Source of the DNA: a virus
Lineage: Duplodnaviria > Caudoviricetes
Virus record (IMG/VR): IMGVR_UViG_3300047094_000624
Coordinates: 1 to 60,582 of that record
DNA length: 60,582 nucleotides
Reading direction: 5' to 3' (one strand)
In this document: in pieces, positions 28,430-37,553 of the stretch
Layout of the letters: each line of letters starts with the position of its first letter
How positions within the stretch are numbered: the first letter of the stretch is position 1
Notes under the pieces: generated by a model
Databases searched by the model: none
The model's input: only the letters and a program-made list of their open reading frames with translations
Told to the model about the DNA's origin: nothing
Position numbers and translations under genes: made by a program

Positions 28430-31366
28430 CTATGCGTTTGTAGTTGTTGTTACGGCACTGCTAGCGTCTGAAAATGCAGTAGTTGCTGCTGAGCCATAGT
28501 GGTTACCAAAAGCTCTCATACCGCTACATGTACCAGTTATTAAAATACCTGATAAAGCGATATTAGAACCTTGTTTAAACCCTCTATTAGCAATTATAGA
28601 GCTGTTAGTTACTGAGTCACTAAAGTAGATATGGTTATGCGTGTTGGTTGTAACTTGGCTTGGGTCTTTAGTTATATTGTTTGCAACCATTACGGCAGAA
28701 GAATTTGTTCTAACATCTATGCAATCTTGAGAAGTGTCTTCAATTCTGTTGTTAGCAATAACCCCATCAACAACAGTAACAAATAGGATTCCATCTCCTA
28801 GATTAGAACCAGTCCTTGTCACATTTTGTATTTGATTATTTGTAACAACTGCTCCATCTACGTTCCAAAGAGCAATAGCGTTAGTTCCATTTGTATTAAG
28901 GATAATGTTATTACTAATAGTTATATTTTGACTTTGTTGAGGAACTGTTTGAGTAGTTGTAGTATCGTCCGCCCCACCATCAAGGCCTATTGCAATTCCT
29001 CCATAGCAAGAGTTAATTGTGTTGTTAGCAATGATTAAATTCTTGTACATTACAAAAGTTCTAATTGCATATTCTGTTAATCCATCAAACTGGTTATTAA
29101 CCATCTTAACGTTGGTATGATAGTAACCAGCTGTATAAGAATGAGTTCCTATACCTGTAGGCCAGGCTGTAGTTCCAGGTGTTCCAGAAGCTCCAAAATA
29201 ACAATTATCAATAACTACATCTTCACAAGGAGTATCATCATAAGTACCAAATGCACCAAACACTGCAGAACTTTTAGCTAAATCTATTTGAATTGCTTCT
29301 GAATAACCGCGTCCTCCAGTATCTAAATAACCTAAGAATCTACAGTTAGTTATTCTCACGTTTTTACTAGAGTTAACTTCTATAGCGTGGTATCCACCAA
29401 CGTTAGTAACAGTTAAATCTTGAATAATAATGTTTTGACCATGACCGATGCTTATACACATAGCAGGTGTAGTTGGGAATGCTGTTGCTCTATTTTCCCA
29501 AATACCTCCGATAATCTTTATATTTGCTTGACCATCGTATCCGGTATAAGAACCGCCACCGTTTCCATTAATAATCATATTGGTGTTGTGTTCTCTAAAC
29601 ATAACAGCTTTTTGAGATAGTAATAAAGTGGTTCCTGTATAAATTTCTAATCTATTTTGTAAATTATATAAACCAGATGGAATATAAACAGTTCCACCAC
29701 CTGCATCTCTAGCAGCATCTAACGCAAGTTGTATTTTTGAAGATGAATCAGATTCACCAGCAACTACTGCATAATCTCTTACAACATCATAAAAGTTAGT
29801 TTGATTTAATCCAGAAAGTCCTGAAATACCTTGAGTTCCATTAAGGCCTTGAGGTCCTTGTAAACCAAATCCTTGTGAACCTTGAGTTCCTTGAGAACCT
29901 GTTGAACCTTGAGTACCGTTTGCTCCTTGACCAGCAAACAATCCAGCAGTACCTTGAATTGATAAACCTTGAATACCTTGCACACCTTGGTCGCCTTGAA
30001 TACCTTGCGTACCTTGAGCAGTTCCGGCATTACCTTGTAAACCTTGAATTCCTAAACCTTGCACACCTTGGTTACCTTGTAATCCCTGTACACCTTGCAC
30101 ACCTTGCGGACCATTAGAACCTTGAGTTCCTTGCCAACCAAATAATCCTTGCAATCCTTGAATACCTTGCAAACCAGATAAGTTTGTGTTGGACTCGAAC
30201 CATTCAAGACCATTCCATACAGAAACAGTTCCGTCATCTTCATTTAACCAAGTATCACCAACTGATGGTGATAGTGGAGGAGTTGGAGATATTGTGTAAG
30301 TTCCTGCGCCTTGTATGCCTTGTGCACCTTGTAATCCTGCACCTGTTGGTCCTTGAATACCTTGTACACCAGAAAAACCTGACGCAGAAGTTTCTACCCA
30401 AGTTTGATTTGTACCGTCATCAATAAATGTGTATTCAATTCCTGTATTTGAATCTACCCATCTATCACCAAGTGAAGGTGATACTGGAGGAGTTGCACCA
30501 AAACTTATTCCTGCGTTAAGACCTTGAAAACCTTGTGTTCCTTGTAAACCTGTTAAGCCTTGTGTTCCACTTGTTCCATCTGTTCCTTGTGCACCAATTG
30601 TTCCCTGAACACCTTGCATTGTTGCATCTGAACCTTGTAAACCTTGCACACCTTGTAAACCTTGTACACCAGAAAAACCAGATGCAGAAGTTTCAACCCA
30701 TGTTTGGTTTGTTCCATCGTCTACATATGTATATTCAATACCAGAATTAGAATCAATCCACCTGTCACCAACCGATGGAGAAACTGGTGGAACAGTATCA
30801 AAAGTAATTAAAGGATTAGAACCTTGTGGTCCTTGAATACCTTGTGCACTACCAGCAATACCTTGTAAACCTTGTATTGCTTCGCCTTGTAAACCTTGTA
30901 TACCTTGTGTTCCTTGCATATTTGCATCGGAACCTTGAATACCTTGAGAACCCTGTGCACCAGAAACACCTTGTGTTCCTGCAAAACCAGATGCGCTAAC
31001 TTCTACCCATGTTTGGTTTGTTCCATCATCAATCCAGGTATATTCAATTCCTGAATTACTATCAACCCAACGGTCTCCAATAAGTGGAGAAACTGGGGGA
31101 GTAGCACCAAAACTTATTGCAGCATTTGGGCCTTGAAAACCTTGTAAACCTTGTGTACCTTGTGCGCCTAATGAACCAGCAACACCGTCAGTTCCTTGCG
31201 TACCTGTTGTTCCCTGCGCACCTGGGTCACCTTGTGAACCTTGGATACCTGTTAAGCCTTGAGCAGTACCTAAAGAGTCCCACGCGGTTCCATTCCAAAT
31301 CCAAGTACGACCAGCCGCTGAATACGTCTGGCCTATGGAAGGAGTTAAAGGAAACCCAAATGGCAT
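28430..31366 (-). CDS. collagen stalk plus pectate-lyase-like beta-helix tailspike (putative depolymerase)
   Basis: QG repeats, then DSS.KIQ.ALDAA...GGGTVYIPSG.Y and parallel beta-helix repeats (I.NN.I). Confidence 0.88.
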   Translation of the reverse strand: MPFGFPLTPSIGQTYSAAGRTWIWNGTAWDSLGTAQGLTGIQGSQGDPGAQGTTGTQGTDGVAGSLGAQGTQGLQGFQGPNAAISFGATPPVSPLIGDRWVDSNSGIEYTWIDDGTNQTWVEVSASGFAGTQGVSGAQGSQGIQGSDANMQGTQGIQGLQGEAIQGLQGIAGSAQGIQGPQGSNPLITFDTVPPVSPSVGDRWIDSNSGIEYTYVDDGTNQTWVETSASGFSGVQGLQGVQGLQGSDATMQGVQGTIGAQGTDGTSGTQGLTGLQGTQGFQGLNAGISFGATPPVSPSLGDRWVDSNTGIEYTFIDDGTNQTWVETSASGFSGVQGIQGPTGAGLQGAQGIQGAGTYTISPTPPLSPSVGDTWLNEDDGTVSVWNGLEWFESNTNLSGLQGIQGLQGLFGWQGTQGSNGPQGVQGVQGLQGNQGVQGLGIQGLQGNAGTAQGTQGIQGDQGVQGIQGLSIQGTAGLFAGQGANGTQGSTGSQGTQGSQGFGLQGPQGLNGTQGISGLSGLNQTNFYDVVRDYAVVAGESDSSSKIQLALDAARDAGGGTVYIPSGLYNLQNRLEIYTGTTLLLSQKAVMFREHNTNMIINGNGGGSYTGYDGQANIKIIGGIWENRATAFPTTPAMCISIGHGQNIIIQDLTVTNVGGYHAIEVNSSKNVRITNCRFLGYLDTGGRGYSEAIQIDLAKSSAVFGAFGTYDDTPCEDVVIDNCYFGASGTPGTTAWPTGIGTHSYTAGYYHTNVKMVNNQFDGLTEYAIRTFVMYKNLIIANNTINSCYGGIAIGLDGGADDTTTTQTVPQQSQNITISNNIILNTNGTNAIALWNVDGAVVTNNQIQNVTRTGSNLGDGILFVTVVDGVIANNRIEDTSQDCIDVRTNSSAVMVANNITKDPSQVTTNTHNHIYFSDSVTNSSIIANRGFKQGSNIALSGILITGTCSGMRAFGNHYGSAATTAFSDASSAVTTTTNA

Positions 31367-31409
31367 AAAAATCCTATCTAATGTATTACTAGTTTAGTGT
31401 GTTTTTCTT

Positions 31410-31709
31410 TTATTCACTTGGTCTTACGTCTTCAGATGCAGGTGGATATCCATATTCTGCACGTAATTGGTCATCCCATTCTGCAATTAAACTTTCGTTT
31501 GGAACCCAATCTAATGGTGGGAAAAAGTCATCGTATGCCTCTTCGTATGTGTCGTTGATTCCCGCATACTTTTTACCTGGTTTATCTCTAAAAGTTTCAA
31601 CCCATCTTCCAGGAAAATTAACTATTTCTTCTGAAGAACAAACTATTACTGTAATAACTTTATTGTTTTCATCTAAACAAGCGAAGTACTGCGCATCTTT
31701 TTCTTCCAT
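31410..31709 (-). CDS. tail fibre assembly chaperone-like protein
   Basis: YFACLDENNKVI.VIV ... YAGI..TY...D.F.PP motif, after the Gly-rich genes. Confidence 0.65.
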   Translation of the reverse strand: MEEKDAQYFACLDENNKVITVIVCSSEEIVNFPGRWVETFRDKPGKKYAGINDTYEEAYDDFFPPLDWVPNESLIAEWDDQLRAEYGYPPASEDVRPSE

Positions 31710-31716
31710 AAGTCTC

Positions 31717-32640
31717 CTAATTTCTATGTTCCCAAATAACTATTAATCCAGAACCACCTTCAGCTCCGCCTCCGCCTCCACCACCAGTATTAGGTGTTCC
31801 AACAGAGCTACCGTTTCCTCCGCCTCCTGCTCCACCAGTTCCATTTACTGATGCACCAGCACCGCCCCCTCCGCCACCAAATCTTGTAGTAATTGTGTTT
31901 CCTAATGAGTTAACAAATGTTGCAGGAAGTGGTGCTAATAAGTTTGGACCATCAGCCCCATTACCACCAGTATTACCAGACGCATTGCCTCCTTGAGAAG
32001 TAGAACTTCCACCACCAGCTCCGCCGCCGCCTGAACCAGCTCCACCATTAAATCCATAACCCGCGTTCCAAGTTTCACTACCAGATAATCTTCCCGAAGT
32101 TCCAAATCCTGCGTTACTTCCAGAACCACCGCCGGGTCCTCCAAGAAAACCAAATTGACCGTTGGCTCCGCCACCACCGCCACCAATTGAGTTTATTGCT
32201 TTTGCATCTCCTACTGAAGCCCACGCTCCCCAACTAAAAGTGTCATAAGTAGTTGTTGTAAAACGAGTTGGTTCTCCAATATCTCCTTCACCTGGTGCTT
32301 GGCCCCAGTTATAACCAGTAGCGCCACCTGGTCTTCCACCTCTACCTATCCAACAAAAATAAGTGTTAGCATCTCCTATATATAATTTTTTAATGTAATA
32401 AATATTACCTCCGCCACCGCCACCACCATAGTTATTTTGTCCTCCCCCTCCTCCGCCACCAACTAAAAGTAAATCTATGTATAAAACATTTGTTGGTCTA
32501 GTGTATGGAGCATTACTAGTAAAAAATATTGCAGTTCCTAATCCTGCAGCTACATTTGAATATTTTCTTTTTTGTGTACCAAAAGAATTTGTATTATCTA
32601 AAGAATGTAAATAAGAAGTACTTGCGCGTCTAATGCTCAT
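31717..32640 (-). CDS. glycine-rich adhesin-like virion protein
   Basis: [26 protein letters not shown] motifs. Confidence 0.75.
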   Translation of the reverse strand: MSIRRASTSYLHSLDNTNSFGTQKRKYSNVAAGLGTAIFFTSNAPYTRPTNVLYIDLLLVGGGGGGGQNNYGGGGGGGNIYYIKKLYIGDANTYFCWIGRGGRPGGATGYNWGQAPGEGDIGEPTRFTTTTYDTFSWGAWASVGDAKAINSIGGGGGGANGQFGFLGGPGGGSGSNAGFGTSGRLSGSETWNAGYGFNGGAGSGGGGAGGGSSTSQGGNASGNTGGNGADGPNLLAPLPATFVNSLGNTITTRFGGGGGGAGASVNGTGGAGGGGNGSSVGTPNTGGGGGGGAEGGSGLIVIWEHRN

Positions 32641-33581
32641 GATGAAAAATACTGCCTTATTTCTGCTCTACCACTGCCACCAAAAGAAGTAAACCCAGAG
32701 TTGTTTTCAGCCCCATTACCACCATTACCAGTACCAAATGCTCCATTTGCATTTCCACCACCACGTCCACCAGTACCGTAAGTTCCAGAAAAAGGAGTTA
32801 ACAATGCTTTACCAGGCCCAGGATTATTGTTACTGCTAGGAGGATTACCAAAACTTTGTTGAGCAGGTCCTCCTGCACCACCGCCTCCACCTGCAAATCC
32901 TGTACCTGTACCAGTATTAAAACTTCCTGCAGCACCTCTTCCACCTAATCCTGAATACACAATTCTTGTTCCAGAAAAATCTTCTCTAACAACTCCCCAA
33001 TGATTATTTGTTTCTCTATTAGAACCCATACCACCTGAAGTTGCGATAGTCCATGAACCAATTCCTCCACAAGGATGTCCACCACCAGCACCGCCTGGTG
33101 CAATTAATGTTCTTCTTAAATTTGATGAATCAACTCCTGAATAAACACCAAAATTAAAACTAGAAGATGTAGGAGTAAATATTGTTGGCCCGCCAGGTTG
33201 TCCCCATTGATTACAACAGCAGTTGCCTTGAGCTCCGCCAGCGCATCCCGTACCACCGCTTCCAATAATTATGTACCAAGTATCATAATCTCCTACATAA
33301 AATTGATTAACTTGAAATACAGCTCCTCCGCCTCCGCCTCCGGCTGTTCTTGCTCCTCCACCACACCCACCAGAACCACCAGAACCAACTAAAGCAATAT
33401 CAATCCAATGAACATTAATTGGTCGTGACCATGTTGTTGAAGATGTGTATGGAACTACAGAAGATGTTGAAGTTGGAATATAACCAGCGTTAACACGAGA
33501 ATAGCCTGAATCTAAAGTACGACCATTAGCTGCTGAATTAACACCAGATAAGATAGATGCTTGCGCTCTTCTTACTGCCAT
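32637..33581 (-). CDS. glycine-rich adhesin-like virion protein
   Basis: Paralog of 31717..32640, with Cys-containing loops (NCCCNQW). Confidence 0.75.
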   Translation of the reverse strand: MAVRRAQASILSGVNSAANGRTLDSGYSRVNAGYIPTSTSSVVPYTSSTTWSRPINVHWIDIALVGSGGSGGCGGGARTAGGGGGGAVFQVNQFYVGDYDTWYIIIGSGGTGCAGGAQGNCCCNQWGQPGGPTIFTPTSSSFNFGVYSGVDSSNLRRTLIAPGGAGGGHPCGGIGSWTIATSGGMGSNRETNNHWGVVREDFSGTRIVYSGLGGRGAAGSFNTGTGTGFAGGGGGAGGPAQQSFGNPPSSNNNPGPGKALLTPFSGTYGTGGRGGGNANGAFGTGNGGNGAENNSGFTSFGGSGRAEIRQYFSS

Positions 33582-33584
33582 GTG

Positions 33585-33920
33585 TTATGAGATTTCTGTG
33601 CCGAATGCGGAAAATGAAACGCTAGAAGAAGATGAAGAACATCTTAAATATTTTCCAGCTTCCATAGTAATACCAAGAGTTAATGTAACTGTATCGTTTG
33701 CTGGAATAGATGCACCAAAAACAATAAACTCTGATGTTGCTGGAGCAAGTGCTGAAGTTACTGCAAGACGATAAGTTACTGCAGAAGCAGTTTGATTACA
33801 AATAGAAATTGTAGAAACTAACCAAGATTTACCAACACCTACTTGAGCACCAATAGTGTCATAAGTTGAAATTGTTCCTGTAGATGTAACTTGACCTAGG
33901 ACTTTATATGCAACAGCCAT
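33585..33920 (-). CDS. small beta-sandwich fibre adaptor
   Basis: MAVAYKVLGQ...VSTISICNQ...LTLGIT...FGTEIS. Confidence 0.6.
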   Translation of the reverse strand: MAVAYKVLGQVTSTGTISTYDTIGAQVGVGKSWLVSTISICNQTASAVTYRLAVTSALAPATSEFIVFGASIPANDTVTLTLGITMEAGKYLRCSSSSSSVSFSAFGTEIS

Positions 33921-35951
33921 TTATGCTCCCATTAGTAGTAGTGGGCTTATTTGATTTAAATCAGTGTCTACCCAAATTGTATCGTAATTAGTGGCAGAAT
34001 TTTTAGCAAGGATTTGACCAATAGAACCACCAACAGGGATTCCACTTAATCCAATAGGTCCTTGATTACCTTGTAGCCCTTGCCCACCTTGCGTTCCACT
34101 ACCTTGGTTTCCTTGTAGTCCTTGTGGGCCTTGCACACCTTGAGCAGCAAAAAAACCATCAAGCCCTTGAATACCAAAATTTCCTTGTATACCTTGAGTT
34201 CCCTGAAGACCATCATTGTTTCCGTATGCTTCAAACCACTCAAGTCCGTCCCAAATATAAATCTTTCCTGTATCAGAATCTAACCAAGTATCTCCAGTTG
34301 CAGGACCTACTGGTGGAGTAGAAGAGATTGTGTAAGTTCCGGGCCCTTCAAAACCTTGCAAGCCTTGCGTACCTTGCATAGTTCCAGCAGGACCTTGTAT
34401 ACCTTGAGAACCAGCAAAACCAGAAGCTGAAACTTCAATCCATGTTTGGTTAGTTCCGTCATCAATCCATGTGTACTCAATACCAGTGTTTGAATCAACC
34501 CATCTATCTCCAATTAACGGAGATACTGGAGGAGTTGGTCCAAATGTAATTGCTGCATTAGGACCCTGTAAACCTTGCGCACCCTGTGCACCATCAGAAC
34601 CTTGTAAACCAAAACCTTGAGCACCTTGTGAACCTTGTGTTCCTTGGAATCCAACACCAGTTAAACCTTGTACACCAAATCCACCTTGTATACCTTGAAT
34701 ACCAGGGTCACCTTGAATACCCTGCAAACCTTGTGCACCAAAACCAGATGGACCTTGAACACCTTGTGCTCCAGAAAAACCACTTGCACTTACTTCAATC
34801 CAAGTTTGATTAGTGCCATCGTCAATCCATGTGTATTCAATTCCACTATTAGAGTCAACCCATCTGTCACCAATTAATGGGCTTGGTGGGGGAGTTGGAC
34901 CAAATGAAATTGCAGCGTTAGGTCCTTGTAAACCTTGAGCGCCTTGTATTGCTTCGCCTTGAATACCTTGCGTACCTTGAATACCTTGTCCAGCAAATGC
35001 ACCAGATATACCTTGTAGACCTTGGTTTCCTTGCGTACCTTGTGCGCCTTGTGAACCAGTACGTCCTTGAATTCCTTGTGCAGCTACTGCGCCAGCAATA
35101 CCTTGATTACCTTGTATTCCAACGCCTTGGATACCTTGTGTACCTTGCCCACCCTGTGTTCCTTGACGACCTTGTAATCCTTGGTTACCTTGTACACCAC
35201 GTTGACCTTGTAAACCTTGATTGCCTTGCAAACCATCTGTACCTTGTGTTCCAAAGTTTCCTTGAATACCACGTTGACCTTGTGCACCTTGCGTTCCTTG
35301 AAAACCTAATGTTCCTTGAAAACCTTGTGAACCTAAAGTTCCTTGCGCACCTTGAGTTCCTTGATTTCCTCTAGAACCTTGTACACCTTGTAAACCTTGA
35401 AATCCTTGTAGCCCACGTTGGCCTTGTATACCTTGTATACCTTGCGAACCAGAACCTGTTGCACCTTGTGCACCATCAGAGCCTTGTAAACCTAATGCAC
35501 CTTGTATTCCTGTGTTACCTTGTAAACCTCTTTGGCCTTGTAGACCTTGATTACCTGGTGGACCAAAATAACCTTGAATACCTTGAGGTCCTTGCATTGA
35601 TGCATCAGAGCCTTGAACACCTTGTATACCTTGAGTGCCTTGCGTTCCTTGTCTTCCTTGTAATCCACGTTCACCTTGTACTCCTTGTGAACCTTGAATT
35701 CCTTGTGGACCTAAATCACCTTGTATACCTTGAGTGCCTTGAAAACCTTGAGAACCTTGATTACCTTGTAAACCTTGGCGGCCTTGTAATCCTTGAGTGC
35801 CTTGAATTCCTTGTGTTCCATTATTAACATTTATAGGAGATTGAACAGATTGATTTATTTGTTGAGAATTAACAGTAATAACAATAGGAGATTGAGGAGT
35901 TACAGTGATGCCTTGAGCACCACACACGCACGGGTCTTGGTTACAAGGCAT
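33921..35951 (-). CDS. long collagen-like (G-X-Q) fibre, possibly neck/whisker
   Basis: Mostly QG-X triplets; GG..GQILAKNS.TNYDT.W; ends PLLLMGA; coupled to the neck gene. Confidence 0.85.
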   Translation of the reverse strand: MPCNQDPCVCGAQGITVTPQSPIVITVNSQQINQSVQSPINVNNGTQGIQGTQGLQGRQGLQGNQGSQGFQGTQGIQGDLGPQGIQGSQGVQGERGLQGRQGTQGTQGIQGVQGSDASMQGPQGIQGYFGPPGNQGLQGQRGLQGNTGIQGALGLQGSDGAQGATGSGSQGIQGIQGQRGLQGFQGLQGVQGSRGNQGTQGAQGTLGSQGFQGTLGFQGTQGAQGQRGIQGNFGTQGTDGLQGNQGLQGQRGVQGNQGLQGRQGTQGGQGTQGIQGVGIQGNQGIAGAVAAQGIQGRTGSQGAQGTQGNQGLQGISGAFAGQGIQGTQGIQGEAIQGAQGLQGPNAAISFGPTPPPSPLIGDRWVDSNSGIEYTWIDDGTNQTWIEVSASGFSGAQGVQGPSGFGAQGLQGIQGDPGIQGIQGGFGVQGLTGVGFQGTQGSQGAQGFGLQGSDGAQGAQGLQGPNAAITFGPTPPVSPLIGDRWVDSNTGIEYTWIDDGTNQTWIEVSASGFAGSQGIQGPAGTMQGTQGLQGFEGPGTYTISSTPPVGPATGDTWLDSDTGKIYIWDGLEWFEAYGNNDGLQGTQGIQGNFGIQGLDGFFAAQGVQGPQGLQGNQGSGTQGGQGLQGNQGPIGLSGIPVGGSIGQILAKNSATNYDTIWVDTDLNQISPLLLMGA

Positions 35952-37015
35952 TAGTCAAGTGTCACCTGTTGTGTAACAAACACCTGACCTTTAATATAAG
36001 TTTGCTGGAAATCAGGGTCTACAGTGGATGTTGCTTGTAAGTCCCAGAAAGCTCTTCTAGGTAAGTATTCAGTTTCAGAATTAGTAAGTTCAATTTTAAC
36101 AACACTTAAAGCATCAGTTTGAGATATTTTAGTTACTGTAAATGTTCCATATAATGCTGGAGCATTAGGATAAGTTCTAATTTGTGCTTTAAAGTTTAAG
36201 TTAGTTGTATTAAATGGAAAGTTAAATGTACATTCATATGAATCTCCTTGATAAAGAACAATGTCATAATTTTGAGCAGTAGATGGTGTTGGCGTTCTAC
36301 CATTAAGGTCATTTGTAATATAAACACGTTCTGGTCTTCTACCATCATCAATTTCTTGTGACATATATACAGGAACAAGTTTATTTGTAAGACGAGATAC
36401 TCTACGCAGTATTCCTATTTCTAAACGCCATAGACCAATATTTAATGCATGACACAGTTGATTGTATTGTTCCCAACGTTGATTAATAGTTTGCATTAAT
36501 TGTTGGTATCTTTCAGAACGAGGAATTGTTACTCCATCTGGAGCAAATATATTAATATCAAATGCAGCGTCAGTTGCTAATGCCCATAAGGCTTCAATAA
36601 CAGCAAGAATTGCTACTGGGTATTCCTCTACTGCTGGAATAGATGCTAAAGTTATAGCACTTCCAGTGCCATCAGTCCTATTATGAGAATGTTGAATTAC
36701 TGCAGTATTTATAAAAATACAAAGGTCATCATCTAAAAAGTATCTATTGGTTACGCCTGTTACGTTCACACTGGCTCCATTAGCAGGAGCTACAGCAAAA
36801 GTAATAATTCCAGTTTTTTGTTCAATGGTATATCCAGCAGGATATGGAATAGGAGTTCCAGCAACCAACACTGTGAGGTTGTCTAATTCAACAGGTTTAG
36901 CGTTTACGTAGAATCTAGTCTTCGTTCCATCACCAGTGGATGAATATACGAATTGCTTAGCCTCGTCACCGAGTTCTAGACGGACCCTAGAAAGTAGGTC
37001 TGCTAGTAGGGCCAC
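35951..37015 (-). CDS. head-tail adaptor with C-terminal BppU-like domain
   Basis: RVRLELGD N-terminus; LYQGDS...KAQIR...WDLQ...YIKG.V C-terminus. Confidence 0.7.
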   Translation of the reverse strand: MALLADLLSRVRLELGDEAKQFVYSSTGDGTKTRFYVNAKPVELDNLTVLVAGTPIPYPAGYTIEQKTGIITFAVAPANGASVNVTGVTNRYFLDDDLCIFINTAVIQHSHNRTDGTGSAITLASIPAVEEYPVAILAVIEALWALATDAAFDINIFAPDGVTIPRSERYQQLMQTINQRWEQYNQLCHALNIGLWRLEIGILRRVSRLTNKLVPVYMSQEIDDGRRPERVYITNDLNGRTPTPSTAQNYDIVLYQGDSYECTFNFPFNTTNLNFKAQIRTYPNAPALYGTFTVTKISQTDALSVVKIELTNSETEYLPRRAFWDLQATSTVDPDFQQTYIKGQVFVTQQVTLD

Positions 37016-37072
37016 AGATTACTCCTCACGCTACCACTAAATCTTGTCAGTTATTACTTAAAAAATCTTTAT

Positions 37073-37103
37073 AAACAAAATAGCGGGCTACAAGAGCCCG
37101 CTA
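37073..37103 (-). terminator. intrinsic terminator after the capsid operon
   Basis: TAGCGGGC-loop-GCCCGCTA followed by TTTTGTTT. Confidence 0.8.
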
Positions 37104-37120
37104 TCTGTGTAACTCTTTTA

Positions 37121-37477
37121 TTAAATTACGCCAGCTAAATAGCCTTTTTCCTGTAAATGGGTGGCTACTGCCTTAGTAACTTGGTACTTTTGTCCTGCCT
37201 TAAAACTATAGTTGTTTCCGATACCTAAAGTCATGTTTTCAATATCTTCAACTACTCTAATAACTACTGTGTCATCTTGGGTAGATATCTTTGTTATATC
37301 TTCAACAATGACGGTTGCTACTGATGGTTTTGTTGCATCAATAACTTCAGTTTCCAATTTAATTTGGGCTTCTGCAGTTGCTAATGACATCTCTGTAGCA
37401 CGTTGTGCTTGCTCTTCGGCAAATTGTTTTTGAAGAGCTTCTTTTTGACGGCCGGTGAAATCGTTTACCTTTGCCAC
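37121..37477 (-). CDS. capsid-associated hypothetical protein
   Basis: Directly after the major capsid gene; SD GGAGG. Confidence 0.6.
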   Translation of the reverse strand: MAKVNDFTGRQKEALQKQFAEEQAQRATEMSLATAEAQIKLETEVIDATKPSVATVIVEDITKISTQDDTVVIRVVEDIENMTLGIGNNYSFKAGQKYQVTKAVATHLQEKGYLAGVI

Positions 37478-37512
37478 TTTTATATCCTCCGTATTAATAG
37501 CTGTTGTTTGTG

Positions 37513-37541
37513 TTGGGAGCGGTTTTTTGAACCGCCCCCAA
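37513..37541 (-). terminator. stem-loop after the major capsid gene (terminator/stabiliser)
   Basis: TTGGGGGCGGTT...AACCGCTCCCAA inverted repeat without a U-tract. Confidence 0.6.
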
Positions 37542-37553
37542 CGGAATTACTTA

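Noticed and set aside
29806-35827. Alternative-frame and antisense ORFs (HLV/NLV- or KV-rich) over collagen and Thr-rich genes
   Set aside because: Shadow ORFs produced by repetitive codon structure; no RBS or independent signal.
16860-35830. CRISPR array or DGR suggested by dense CCTTG repeats and repeated joints
   Set aside because: The repeats are the codons of Gln-Gly collagen. There are no spacers and no reverse transcriptase, and copy differences are synonymous rather than adenine-specific.
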